A stretch of 24,656 nt of DNA. It comes from Octopus sinensis. Taxonomy: Eukaryota. Where the stretch lies: NCBI RefSeq assembly GCF_006345805.1, contig NW_021836452.1:1-24656 (forward strand). The letters are read 5' to 3'. The notes under the pieces were generated by a model. It had not been told where the DNA came from, searched no databases, and saw only the letters and a list, made by a program, of their open reading frames with translations. This document shows, piece by piece, positions 1 through 10,146 of this stretch. Numbering within the stretch: the first letter of the stretch is position 1; each line of letters begins with the position of its first letter. The position numbers were made by a program, and so were the translations under genes.

Positions 1-60
1 AAACATGTAAAAGTGGCCAACTTACTTGGAGCCGATATGACTAGCGTCCGTCCATTGTGA

Positions 61-91
61 GATAGATAGATATAGATAGATAGATAGATGA

Positions 92-153
<62 letters not shown>

Positions 154-199
154 GGATAGTTGAATAGATGGATACATGGATAGATAGATAGATAGATAC

Positions 200-247
<48 letters not shown>
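61..247. repeat. (GATA)n tetranucleotide microsatellite
   Basis: Near-perfect gata/taga run with a few interruptions. Confidence 0.97.
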
Positions 248-248
<1 letters not shown>

Positions 249-258
249 GTGAGGGTTT

Positions 259-335
259 ATGTGTGTGTACGTGCGTGTGTGTACGTGTATGCATGTGCGT
301 GTGTGTGCCTGTGCGTGTGTGTGTGTGTGTATGTG
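259..335. repeat. Degenerate (TG)n microsatellite
   Basis: tgtg/tgcg run. Confidence 0.85.
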
Positions 336-461
336 TTATATGTTGATTTATCAATTTCAATGTAGATGTTATAATTGTTCTTTGTTGCTTGCACCTGTGT
401 CAATATTTATGGAGTATTCAATATACAATGCTGTTAATGTCATAACTATTGTCTTCGCCTG

Positions 462-801
462 TAGTGAAGGCGCATGGCTCAGTGGTTAGAGCGTCAAACT
501 TACGATCGTGAGGTTGTGAGTTTGAATCCCGGAACGGGCTGCGTGTTGTGTTCTTGAGCAAGACCCTTTATTTCACGTTGCTCCAGATCACTCATCTGTA
601 GAAATGAGTTGCGACGTCACTTGTGCCAAGCCGTATCGGTTTTTTGCCTTTCCCTTGGATAACTCTGGTGGCGTGGATAGGGGAGACCGGTATGCATGGG
701 CGACTGCTGCTCTTCCATAAACAACCTTGCCCGGACTTGTGCCTGGGAGGGTAACTTTCTAGGTGCAATCCTATGATCAGTCATGACCGAAGGAATTTTC
801 A
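462..801 (+). mobile_element. Full-length tRNA-derived SINE with CORE-like central segment and 14-bp target-site duplication
   Basis: A-box-like tggctcagtgg and B-box-like gagtttgaatccc; central ttgtgttcttgagcaagaccctttatttcacgttgctcc resembles the CORE domain; direct repeat attgtcttcgcctg at 448-461 and 802-815. Confidence 0.85.
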
Positions 802-1034
802 ATTGTCTTCGCCTGGAACGGCCATTTAAATATTTCTAATGATAAAAACTTTCTCAAAATTACTGCTCGACCTGATGAGATGATATCACAGAAGAAAAAA
901 GAAACACCCGCCGTATGTCACTGGTATCGTTCTAGATTTGTGTTCTTTAACTTGCATACTAATCTGCGAGGAATTTGTACACCGAAGGGAGGCGTTGGAA
1001 AGAAAATAAGCCCCGGATTGACCCATCCTTCGTG

Positions 1035-1293
1035 GCTGAATTTACTATATGGAAACTGTGTGGAATCCTTTGATATATGTGTTTCCGTGTGCGTGTATGC
1101 CTGTGTGTGTGTGTATGTGTGTGTAAGTTCATTGTGTCTATGTTTGTCCTCCATCAACTCTTGTTGGTGTGTTTACGACCCTGTGACTTAGCGGTTCGCT
1201 AAAAGATACCGATAGTATAAGTACCAGGCATGGAAAAAAACAATGAAGCAAAATTAAAGAATTTCAAGACAGTGCTCCAGCATGGCTGTAGTC
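1035..1293 (+). mobile_element. SINE family B (internal-microsatellite SINE), 3' part
   Basis: ggaaactg-(TG)n-...ttagcggttcgctaaaagataccgatagtataagtacc...gtgctccagcatggc aligns with the full copy at 3673-4147. Confidence 0.75.
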
Positions 1294-2286
1294 TAAGGTC
1301 TTCTAATCAGGGGAAACGTTGGTCTGCTCGCCTAACCAGCACGGTGGCATCATTCGAAAGCTAAAACGATACAAAGTACATTAGTACCAGCGAGGTATCG
1401 TTGGTCACGTGATTATTTGAAGAACAAAATATACAGTACACAACAGAACTAATGCCTTACGGCGTTTCCTTATGTTCTGAGTTCGAATCACGCTGGGAGT
1501 AGTGTTTAGTTTCATGCTTCTGGTTTTCGATAAAATAAATGCCGCATCTCTAACAGGAAGAGCAGAATATAGGGGATAGTATTGACAATATACACAGTAT
1601 GTAGATCATGCTGTGAGGAGAGAGTGGTCCAGATGGAGAAAACAAATTAGCAAAATCGTATAAGAAGTTAATAGGTTGGTTTGTAAAATATTTAAAGAAA
1701 AAATAGCGTGTGATTTTTTTTTTTTAAACAAATCAAAGATTTAGGCCATGGTGTTTGAACGTTGAACGAAAATACAAAGAAACAACGTATTGCCAGCAAG
1801 AAAAGCAATGTTTCCGTCAATATTACTTTGTATTGTATTAAGTGATAGTAAAAAGCTAATGTTAAAGATGTGTATAACAATGACGATCAATAATGGCTGG
1901 TGGGTGAAATTGAATAACAAAGAACGTAGAATAGTACGAAATGTAAGGTGAAGAAAGAAATTCATTGAAAGAAAATTTCTACAAATAGCATTTATAGAAT
2001 ACAAACAAAAGAAGACATCTTTAGATCCCTTTCTTATTTTGAATTTGTCTTTTTTTATTTCTTGTGGATTATAGTTCTTTCTGAAGCAATGTAACAAAAG
2101 AAAGGAAGGGCCCTTGGCTGTCATCGGTCTTCTACTAAGTATGAATGAAAGCCAGACATACGCGACAAAACAGACTCGAGATTGAAATTCAAAAGAGAAG
2201 ATGGCTGTTCAGATTCAGTCGTTAGCTGAAAGTATATAAAGATGTATAAAGTGTTTTGCTTATAAATATCTGGATGAGCCATTAGG

Positions 2287-2289
<3 letters not shown>

Positions 2290-2327
<38 letters not shown>

Positions 2328-2742
2328 ATATATAATAATATCTGTATGTATATATGTATGTATGTACGTATATAATATAGTATATATATGTATGTATGTA
2401 CGTAATATATGTATATATATATAGTATGTATGTATGTGTGTATATATATATGTATGTATGTATGTACGTATATATATATATATATATGTATATATATGTA
2501 TGTATGTGTGTGTGTAATATATATATATGTGTGTATATATATATATATGTATGTATGTATGTATGTATAATATATATATTATGTATGTATGTAGTATATA
2601 TGTTATATATGTATAATATATGTATATATATATATATATATTATATATATATATATATATATTATATATATTATATATATATATATTATATGTGCACACA
2701 CATACACACACCACCACAAACACCACATATGTATATATATTG
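2290..2742. repeat. Large compound (TA)n/(TATG)n/(CA)n microsatellite
   Basis: About 450 bp of almost only TA, TATG and CA units; explains ORFs 2316-2809. Confidence 0.97.
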
Positions 2743-3393
2743 GGTTTGAGTCCAGTAGTGCTTTTTTTTTCCTGTTGACTTTAACTGTATTATGTGGACG
2801 ATTGTTCATGGCTTACGTTGGACAGAAGACCTCAGATTTATAGGATAATGAAAATGTTATTGATTGTTGAGTTAAATTATTGCATTATCAAAGAGCACGG
2901 CATAAGTGAAACGAATCAGTTACCACATAAACTGAATCAGCGACGTGATCTCACTTTGCCGACATTTTACTTTCCTAAAGCGTCCACCAAACCGCAAAGG
3001 GTTATTAATTCCCTTTTACTAAATATTTCGCTGTTTACATAGTTGGGTGAACAAAATGTCCGGTTGTTTTAATAGGCAACTGGTTAGTTTATTTGGTATT
3101 TGCATTTTTAGAGTTAACAAATGTCTTAGAACAATGTTTCGATAGAAAATGTGTTTTTAAGAATTCAGTTCGTGTACTGCTTACATGGTTTGTTATGTTT
3201 GGTGTTTCAGAATATTCTTTGCCAATAGTTTAGAAAAAAATTTTATAAAATATTCAGGAGTTTATTAGCATTAATTATTAATGCTTTTATAGTTAAAATA
3301 TTTCAATTACCAACAAGAAATATCTGCTGCGAATAATTATTATATTAATTACAGAATCCTTTATAACAGATTTGTTAAGGTATGACAGTGTTT

Positions 3394-3665
3394 AAGAAAC
3401 TCGTTTTGGAACTACTTGGTTTCAGGTTCAGTCCCACAACGCGGCACCTAGGGCAAATGATTTCTACTACAAAGCTTTGTGGTTAAAGGAAATTGTGAAG
3501 AAACCCATTGTGTGTATATATATTTGTGTGTGTGGGGGGGGGCGCTTAACAACTGGTGCTTAACTGCTTAAGAACTCACTGCATAACAACTGGTGTAGGT
3601 TTGTTTACATTCCCGTTACCAGTTCAGCAAAAGAGTCCTGTAGAACAAGTACCAAACTTTATAAG
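3394..3665 (+). mobile_element. Degenerate SINE family B copy
   Basis: caggttcagtcccac..ggcacctagggcaa...ttcagcaaaagagtcctgtagaacaagtacc is colinear with 3673-4147. Confidence 0.65.
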
Positions 3666-3672
3666 TAATAAA

Positions 3673-4147
3673 GGTGCAGAAGAGGCTGTGTGGTAAGTAG
3701 CTTGTTTACGAACTACATTGTTCCGGGTTCAGTCCTACTGCGTGGCACCTTGGGCAAGTGTCTTCTACTATAGCCACGGGCCGAACAAAGCCTTGTGAGT
3801 GGATTTGGTAGACGGAAACTGGAAGAAGCCTGTCATATATATGTACGTATATACATATATATATATATATTATATATATATTATATATATATATATATAT
3901 GTGTGTGTGTGGTGTATGTCTGTGTGTGTGTGTGTTTGTGTGTCTGTGTTTGTCCCCCACCATCGCTTGAACAACCGATGCTGGTGTGTTTTCGTTCCCG
4001 TAACTTAGCGGTTCGGCAAAAAGAGACCGATAAAATAAGTACTAGTCTTACAAAGAATAAGTCCTGAGGTCGATTTACTCGACTAAAGGCGGTGCTCCAG
4101 CATGGCCACAGTCAAATGACTGAAACAAGTAAAAGAGTAAAAGAATA
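3673..4147 (+). mobile_element. Full-length SINE family B: tRNA-like head, CORE-like segment, internal (TA)/(TG) microsatellite, 3' tail
   Basis: Head ggctgtgtggtaag...gggttcagtcc; CORE-like accttgggcaagtgtcttc; microsatellite 3835-3945; tail ggcggtgctccagcatggccacagtc...aaaagag. A second decayed tail follows at about 4150-4235. Confidence 0.85.
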
Positions 4148-4371
4148 AATAATAAGAACTGTGATCGACTAAAACCCTCTAAGGCAGTGCTCCAGCTTGA
4201 CCGCAGACCTAATAACTTAAACAAGTAAAAGACCAAAGCGATACACAAAAAGTGAAGAGGTCGTAGTCTGTCAAAGAAGTAATGTTTCTGATGGAATACG
4301 GAGAAATCTCAGAGTGTAAGGCCACTTAACTACACGTAAAAGGTACAACTCAGAAATTAAGAAAGAAAAAT

Positions 4372-4510
4372 CTGACACTCCGTCGGTTACGGCGACGAGT
4401 GTTCCTGTTGATTCGATCAAGGGAACAGCCTGCTCGTGAAGTTAATGGCAAGTGGCTGAGTATTCCACAGACATCCGTACTCCTAACGTAGTTTTCAGGG
4501 AGATTCAGAA
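4372..4510 (-). mobile_element. Probable SINE 3' fragment with a nested hairpin
   Basis: GC-richer island; nested pairings acgag/ctcgt, tgttcc/ggaaca, ttgat/atcaa. SINE assignment and strand are from recollection of cephalopod repeats only. Confidence 0.4.
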
Positions 4511-4527
4511 TTACCTGTTCCAAGCTC

Positions 4528-4745
4528 TAAGTGAGGTGCTGAAAAGTTCCTGACTTTAAGGGTGTAGCGAAAGGCCTGGGTGGAGGTACAAACTTCCGAG
4601 TTCTTTTGCAGGGATTAGAAAACCCAAAGGACTGCTACAATAAGTGTGTGAATCTAGAAGGAAATATGTTGAATAAAATTCTAGTTAACCCACCCTCCCG
4701 TATTTTCTTTTACCCAAAGCCAGGAACCTTTCAGTACCCACTTCT

Positions 4746-4749
<4 letters not shown>
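4528..4749 (+). mobile_element. Mariner-derived MITE, copy 1
   Basis: Imperfect TIRs gaggtgctgaaaagttcctgacttt / aaagccaggaacctttcagtaccc with TA ends; interior keeps CYNKCVNLEG, resembling the mariner C-terminal W.KC...G.YVE motif. Confidence 0.7.
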
Positions 4750-4799
<50 letters not shown>

Positions 4800-4857
4800 A
4801 TATCTATATATATAATATATCTATATATATATATATATTATATAATATATATATATA
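4750..4857. repeat. (TA)n microsatellite between two MITEs
   Basis: TA run. Confidence 0.95.
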
Positions 4858-5077
4858 TACGGTAGGGTACTGAAAATTCCCTGACTTTAAGTTATAGCAA
4901 AAGGCCTGGCTGGGGGCCCAAAATTCCAAGTTCTTTTACAGAACTTACAAAAACTGAAGGACCGCTGCAATAAGTGCGTGAATATGAGAGGGGAATATTT
5001 TGAATAAAATCGTAGTTAACTGATCCTCCTGTATTTTCTTTTACCCAAAACCAGGAACTTTTCAGAATCCCCTTGTA
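4858..5077 (+). mobile_element. Mariner-derived MITE, copy 2
   Basis: Colinear with 4528-4749; TIRs gggtactgaaaattccctgacttt / aaaaccaggaacttttcagaatccc; interior RCNKCVNMRGEYFE*. Confidence 0.7.
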
Positions 5078-5094
5078 TGTATGTATATATATAT

Positions 5095-5245
5095 ACAAAA
5101 TAGGACAAGAACGCAAAACATCCGGACAGCTAGGCGATACAAAAAGGGACAAAAAAACATCCAGATAGACGATACAAAGAAAACAAGGACGGGTCATTCG
5201 AAGTTTTCTTTCCTCAGTCAAGCACCAGATTATCCTCGCAATTTT
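5095..5245 (-). mobile_element. Short TA-anchored interspersed element (family H4), copy 1
   Basis: Homologous to 7855-7985 (ggacaagaacg..., ggacggg.cattcgaag, tcagtcaag); abuts (TA)n at about 5085-5095. Confidence 0.6.
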
Positions 5246-5246
5246 A

Positions 5247-5313
5247 AATAAAATCATAATTTTAATGTATTTTCTTTTACCCAAAACCAGAAACGTTTCA
5301 ACACCTACTCGTA
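5247..5313 (+). mobile_element. Right end only of a third mariner MITE copy
   Basis: gtattttcttttacccaaaaccagaaacgtttcaacacctactcgta matches the MITE right TIR. Confidence 0.6.
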
Positions 5314-6944
5314 CAACCAAAGAAAGCCTCGAATTGCTAATAATAGCAGCAAAATGTCCTTCAGCCTGAAATTCAACCGTCTTGAAAAACATAATGCAGC
5401 CTTAGCTACACCTAAAAGTCAATATGGAGACGTCTGTAGTGTGTGAATCAACTGAATTGGAGTTGATTTGCTCCGAAACTAAACAATATCAAATCTCCCC
5501 CGCCAAAATATTGTCTAATATAATTGAAGGACTTCATTGTTTTGAGTGAATAGGCACAAAATTATTTGGGTCTCATATTACATATTTTCAAAATATCGTA
5601 ATAAATGGAAGATATGGGAAATTTCATCTAGAACATCATTCTTCTTTTGTGTGGAAGTGTTATTCTGTCACCAATTTCTGTATTTATGTGTCCTTCACAG
5701 ATCTCACTCTGTTGCAAGCATTCAAATGCCCGGTTTAATGTTATCTTCCCTTCTTCTCATTAGTCTCAAAAGCCCTAAAAACGAAACGGTCGTAGTGGCT
5801 ACCATACCTTTATTGATTAAGCCGTTAAGTAAGAGATACACTTACAACCGATTTGATCTTACTTCACCTCATACACTAGTGATTCACTACATTATTTACT
5901 CGGTTGTTTCAACTCTCTAGATTTGTTTTAATGATGTCTATATCCCTTAGTCATCAACCCTATCATAGATGAAAGCTTTTCAGCTTATAACTTTTTTTTT
6001 ATAGAATATACAGGCCTTTCTTTCTTCAGTCAGTAAAATACTGGTCACCTGGTTAGTATAGTAGAATTACACAGAAAACAGTCGTATTGCTTTGTACTTA
6101 GTGATATCTGTTTGTATTAATTGATCGTCGTCATTATATACCGAATAAAGTCGTATCAAATGATATATTTCATTATTTCTCTTGATCAGTCATTAGTCAG
6201 ATCAAAAGAAGAAAATTCAAAACCAGAAACCAAGAAATTACTTACTTGTAACCAAAATATTTCTTACCAGATTTTTGCGTCTTTGGCAAAATAAACAAAA
6301 ATAAGAAATCAGAGCTTTTTCGTCTGAGCTTTTTTTTACTTTACTTTTACAGAAGATTCTTTTTTTTCCCCTCAATTCCTATAATAAGTAGTAGATCCTT
6401 CAATGATAAGCTATGAGTATTGCGGCATAAGTAATAAAATTGTTACTTGAAAAGCAATAAATCTCATCGAGTTAAGCAGAAAATTAAAGTAGCTGATCAG
6501 ATGAAGATGAAAGCATTAGGTATTACGAAGCAATGAAGATCTCTGCTTCCCTCTAGAGTTCAAATCTTACAGCCAGTAGCTAATTTAGTACGTTAACATA
6601 TTAAAGGTAAAACTTATTAAAAAGATAGAAATATTTATACTGTGATGGTTAAGGAAACGTAATAGTCAATGGTTCGAATTTTATTTGATACTATTTGAAT
6701 AATTTAGGCAAGTACATGACAGAAGAACTTCAATGTGTTTCACTGTTATAATGACCTCATCAGCAAAGCATATATATGTCTGTGTTTGGTGTAGTTGTCA
6801 TAGACGAAACAGTAAGTTATTGTACAGGCTTCTAATAGCGACTGATATAGAAACACAGGGACACCAGCTAATGTCTTTTGCATAAATTTGAATATTGTTA
6901 TTGCTTTATGCATATTGCGCGTCTAAGTTGATCCGTTAAAATCA

Positions 6945-7170
6945 ATTAGTGTCCATATCCCTAACAGTGTAGATATCTCAATCAGTAGAGTAATATAGAA
7001 TTCCCTTTAAGTCCAGCGATTCTGACATTTCCCTAACACCTAATACCATCATGTTTATGTCCAACATATTTAGCTATCCACCATGGAATCCACCCATTTC
7101 TATTCTGAGGTCAAAGGGCGCCACATTTCGCTGCTGCAAAGAGCAATAGCGTAGGATATTTCACAAACGG
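6945..7170 (-). pseudogene. Highly decayed RTE-clade LINE fragment (region after the RT domain)
   Basis: Minus-strand frames give ALCSSEMW (cf. LLYGSETW), ESLDLKGI and YGH in the expected order, with stops and frameshifts. Confidence 0.35.
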
Positions 7171-7367
7171 TTCGTTGGTTTCCAATTCCACATTCGTTCC
7201 TTCCTGAAAGAAATGTTTCATGTAACAACTTCATGAAGAAATTCCATTATATGCTTCAATCCATAAATACCACAGCAAAGCACCTCTATAGTGAAGAACT
7301 ATGATATTCAGTGAAGGTTGAGACTTAAAAACTTAACCAGTATTTTTTGGTAAATCATAATAGAACT

Positions 7368-7387
7368 GTTTATATATAATAAATATA

Positions 7388-7436
<49 letters not shown>

Positions 7437-7440
7437 CTTA
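7368..7440. repeat. (TA)n microsatellite
   Basis: TA run. Confidence 0.95.
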
Positions 7441-7854
7441 TAATAATAAGGCTTTTTTGCAACAAGTTGCTTAAACCACATACCGAAAATATTAGAAATA
7501 GCAGTCAAAGGACTACTATTTCTTTTACTACAAAAACATGTCTCCACAAACAACAATATTTGTAACTCACATATGGCAAAAGAAGAAGGAAAACAACGAA
7601 ACCACACAGTCTAGCTGCAGGATATTTGCCCCTTATCAATGTAGAGCAGCCTAACCCAACAGGCGTCGCCACTGACCATTTGTTCGAAGAATTATTTACC
7701 TAAAATTCATCCACTGGTTTTCAAAAATAGAAATATCAATATTTCTAAGTCTCTCTGAAGGAGACAATCACCGACACACAAACATATACATATATATGTA
7801 TGTATATGCAGACACACACACACACACATATATATATATGTAAAAGTAAAAAAA

Positions 7855-7985
7855 TATACAAACTGGGACAAGAACGTGAAACATTTAGAAGACGACACAA
7901 AAAACACGGACGGGACATTCGAAGCCCTCAATCATCAGTCAAGAACCGGATCATTAATCGGCTGATTAATATTGAGATTGCTCCA
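7855..7985 (-). mobile_element. Short TA-flanked interspersed element (family H4), copy 2
   Basis: Homologous to 5095-5245; TA/CA repeats on both sides. Confidence 0.6.
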
Positions 7986-8114
7986 TATATATATATATAT
8001 ATATATGAGTGTGTGTGTGTGTGTATGTATATCTCTATATATGTATATATATATGTATGTATATATATATATATACATATATATCTATATGTTTTTGTGT
8101 GTGTGTATGTGTGT

Positions 8115-8328
8115 TCACATCACTGCAAGCAGGTTTGCGGTGGGAGCAGCTGCGGCAGACCTGAAACGCCAAAGAGTGATTGTCACTATCCCCATGACTA
8201 CAGCATACATATCTGCCCCAAGTGTGCCACACCCTGTTATTCAAGAATCGGTTTACACAGACACCTTAGAGCTTAACGATCTTCCTCATGAATTTCAGAA
8301 ACGAAGAACTATCATTATCATCATCATC
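8115..8328 (+). mobile_element. 5'-truncated RTE LINE 3' end: C-terminal C2H2 finger, short 3' UTR, (ATC)n tail
   Basis: ICPKCATPCYSRIGLHRHLRA* (stop 8274-8276) matches the RTE CxxC...RIGL..H motif; followed by atcattatcatcatcatc. Confidence 0.8.
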
Positions 8329-8731
8329 GAAGGCGACGAGGTGGCAGAATCGTTAGCACGCCGGGTGAATTGCTTAGCGGTATTTCGTCTGCCGCTACGT
8401 TCTGAGTTAAAATTCCGCCGAGGTCAACTTTGCTTTTCATCTTTTCGGGGTCGATTAAATATGTACCAGTTATGCACTGGGGTCGATGTAATCGACTTAA
8501 TCCGTTTGTCTGTCCTTGTTTGTCCTCTCTGTGTTTAGCCCCTTGTGGGTAGTAAAGAAATAGGTATTTCGTCAGCCATTACGTTCTGAGTTCAAGCTCC
8601 ACCGAAACCGACTTTGCTGCCTTTCATCCTCTCGGGGTCGATAAATTTATCACCAGTTTTGTACTGAGTCGATCTAATCGACTGGCCCCTTCCCCCAAAT
8701 TTCAGGCATTGTGCCTATAGTAGAAAAGATT
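8329..8731 (+). mobile_element. SINE family A (Meta-domain-like), dimeric copy
   Basis: Head gaggtggcagaatcgttagcacgccggg, B-box-like gagttaaaattcc, gcttttcatcttttcggggtcgat; a second headless unit restarts at ggtatttcg (about 8562). Confidence 0.85.
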
Positions 8732-9180
8732 ATCATGAACATCATCACTATATTATGTGTGTGTGTGTGTGTGTATAATTTCCCTCTCACTCCGACACGT
8801 CTTCGGTTAAAACATGCACAAATATTTATATTCAGTAAATTTTTTTGTCCAAAGAAATTTTTATAAAATGTGACTTTTTTAATTCTGTGTGTGTAAAACT
8901 CACCTAGCGGAAACATACATTAATATTTTCACTGCAAAAGTTTTATAGAGAAAATATTTTCTATATGAAAATAATAATTTTGTATGTTTATTTTCATATC
9001 CGAACGTATAATAGACATATTTACATTCTGTGTTATAAAATAAAACTCGTTCTATTCATATGTAGAGAGAAAAATTCAGTGAGCTTTCAGCTTTTAATAT
9101 TTTTCATGCATATATGTTGAGCATGCGTGTGTACACACATACACACACGCATATACATATATAGCCACTATACATTCTTT

Positions 9181-9335
9181 ATTTTCTTTCTTTCTTTTTT
9201 TCTTTCTGTGTTCCTTTCGGTGGAAGAGCGTAGGCTCGAAACGTAAATACTTTTTTCACTTCCCGAGCGTTAAACTAATACATCTGTTTGTTGTCTACAC
9301 CACCTAACTTCGTATTTTTTTTGTGAATTCTCCCT
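9181..9335 (+). mobile_element. Short TA-anchored element with minimal HHR-like motif (family H2), copy a
   Basis: Homologous to 10880-11055 and 17700-17850; gaagagcgtaggctcgaaacgta; ends at (TA)n. Confidence 0.75.
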
Positions 9336-9358
9336 ATATGTATATATATATATATATC

Positions 9359-9412
<54 letters not shown>
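9336..9412. repeat. (TA)n tract joining two convergent HHR-bearing elements
   Basis: TA run. Confidence 0.95.
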
Positions 9413-9456
9413 TGAATAATGAAAGAATGGAGTCGAACGAAGATGTTAACAAAATT

Positions 9457-9547
9457 CCTTTACTCACGACATATGTTCGAAGACCACATGGTTTCATTCC
9501 AAAGGAATAAAGGGTTAATGATGCAATCTTCTCATCAGGAAAGAAGG
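9457..9547 (-). ncRNA. Type I hammerhead-like motif with extended stem II (family H3), one A short in GAAA
   Basis: Minus strand: CTGATGA GAAGA-TTGCAT...ATGTGG-TCTTC GAA CATATG TC; palindromic stem III; imperfect stem I. Confidence 0.55.
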
Positions 9548-9822
9548 GAGCCTCTCTCGGCAACAAGAACAAACAAAAAATTTCGATGACTGCCTCATGT
9601 AAACAAAACGACAATAAGTGATTTTTTTTAAAAACTGTTAGAAGAATTGACGTCAAAGTTAGATAGTAGGAAGAGAAGGGTTAAAGGAATGATAGGGTAG
9701 GGAACCAGTGGAAAGAGAAGGGTATGTTGATTAAGAATGTTCAAAGGCTTAGGAAAGAATTTCACTATTGAAGTGGGGTGTATGTTAAGCTAATTGTTCA
9801 GAGCACGATGCCTATCGTAATC

Positions 9823-10068
9823 ATTTGGCGTCTTAAAGACAATAATATAGATTTCAAGTTAGATTGGTTCATACTGTCTGTATCCTTTCCTTTTGATAAG
9901 GGCAGGATATTTTGTAACATTTGCAACTCTGAGCTCTTCCATATCCTCTTCTCTAAGGTTCCCCTTATAAACACACTCATAGAGAAATCCTATAAATGTA
10001 AGCACTGGCAGAAACATACGTTTACTCCTACAAATGATTACGATAGGCATCGTGCTCTGAACAATTAG
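9823..10068 (+). pseudogene. C-terminal fragment of a PLE GIY-YIG endonuclease
   Basis: IWRLKDNNIDFKLDWFIL...FCNICNSELFHIL...LIN...KCKHWQKHTF matches the IW.LK..N..Y.I.W.IL...C..C..EK..IL...LN...KC.H tail I recall from invertebrate PLE proteins. Confidence 0.75.
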
Positions 10069-10146
10069 CTTAACATACACTCCACTTCAATAGTGAAATT
10101 CTTTCCTAAGCCTTTGAACATTCTTAATCAACATTCTTAATCAACA

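Larger units (their letters stand above)
9413..10146 (+). mobile_element. 5'-truncated Penelope-like element with inverted upstream terminal repeat (pLTR)
   Basis: 104-bp inverted repeat 9724-9827 / 10031-10134 with one mismatch; the spacer encodes a GIY-YIG endonuclease C-terminus; the inverted arm continues to an HHR-like motif and ends at (TA)n; 13-bp tandem duplication at the right end. Confidence 0.8.

Noticed and set aside
22-489. ORFs rich in IYLS/HT/VC repeats (and similar ORFs at 2316-2809, 3706-4067, 12686-13150, 17044-17366, 22920-23336)
   Set aside because: Translations of microsatellites; no coding signature.
462-540. tRNA gene
   Set aside because: A/B boxes are present but no complete cloverleaf; it continues into a SINE body bounded by a TSD.
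872-925. CTGATGA ... GAAAC ... GTC hammerhead-like spacing
   Set aside because: The small hairpin is not adjacent to GAAA and there is no stem I complement.
5546-5920. 124-aa plus-strand ORF
   Set aside because: Non-ATG start, no recognisable motif, composition typical of AT-rich non-coding DNA.
6730-6770. Minus-strand CTGATGA-15 nt-GAAA
   Set aside because: No convincing stem II, no NUH after a paired stem III, no stem I; expected by chance.
7972-8538. 188-aa ORF
   Set aside because: Runs through a microsatellite, an out-of-frame RTE end and a SINE; chimeric artefact.
9724-10134. MITE or miRNA-type hairpin interpretation of the inverted repeat
   Set aside because: Arms are asymmetric in extent, lack terminal TSDs and enclose PLE endonuclease coding sequence, which fits an inverted pLTR better.
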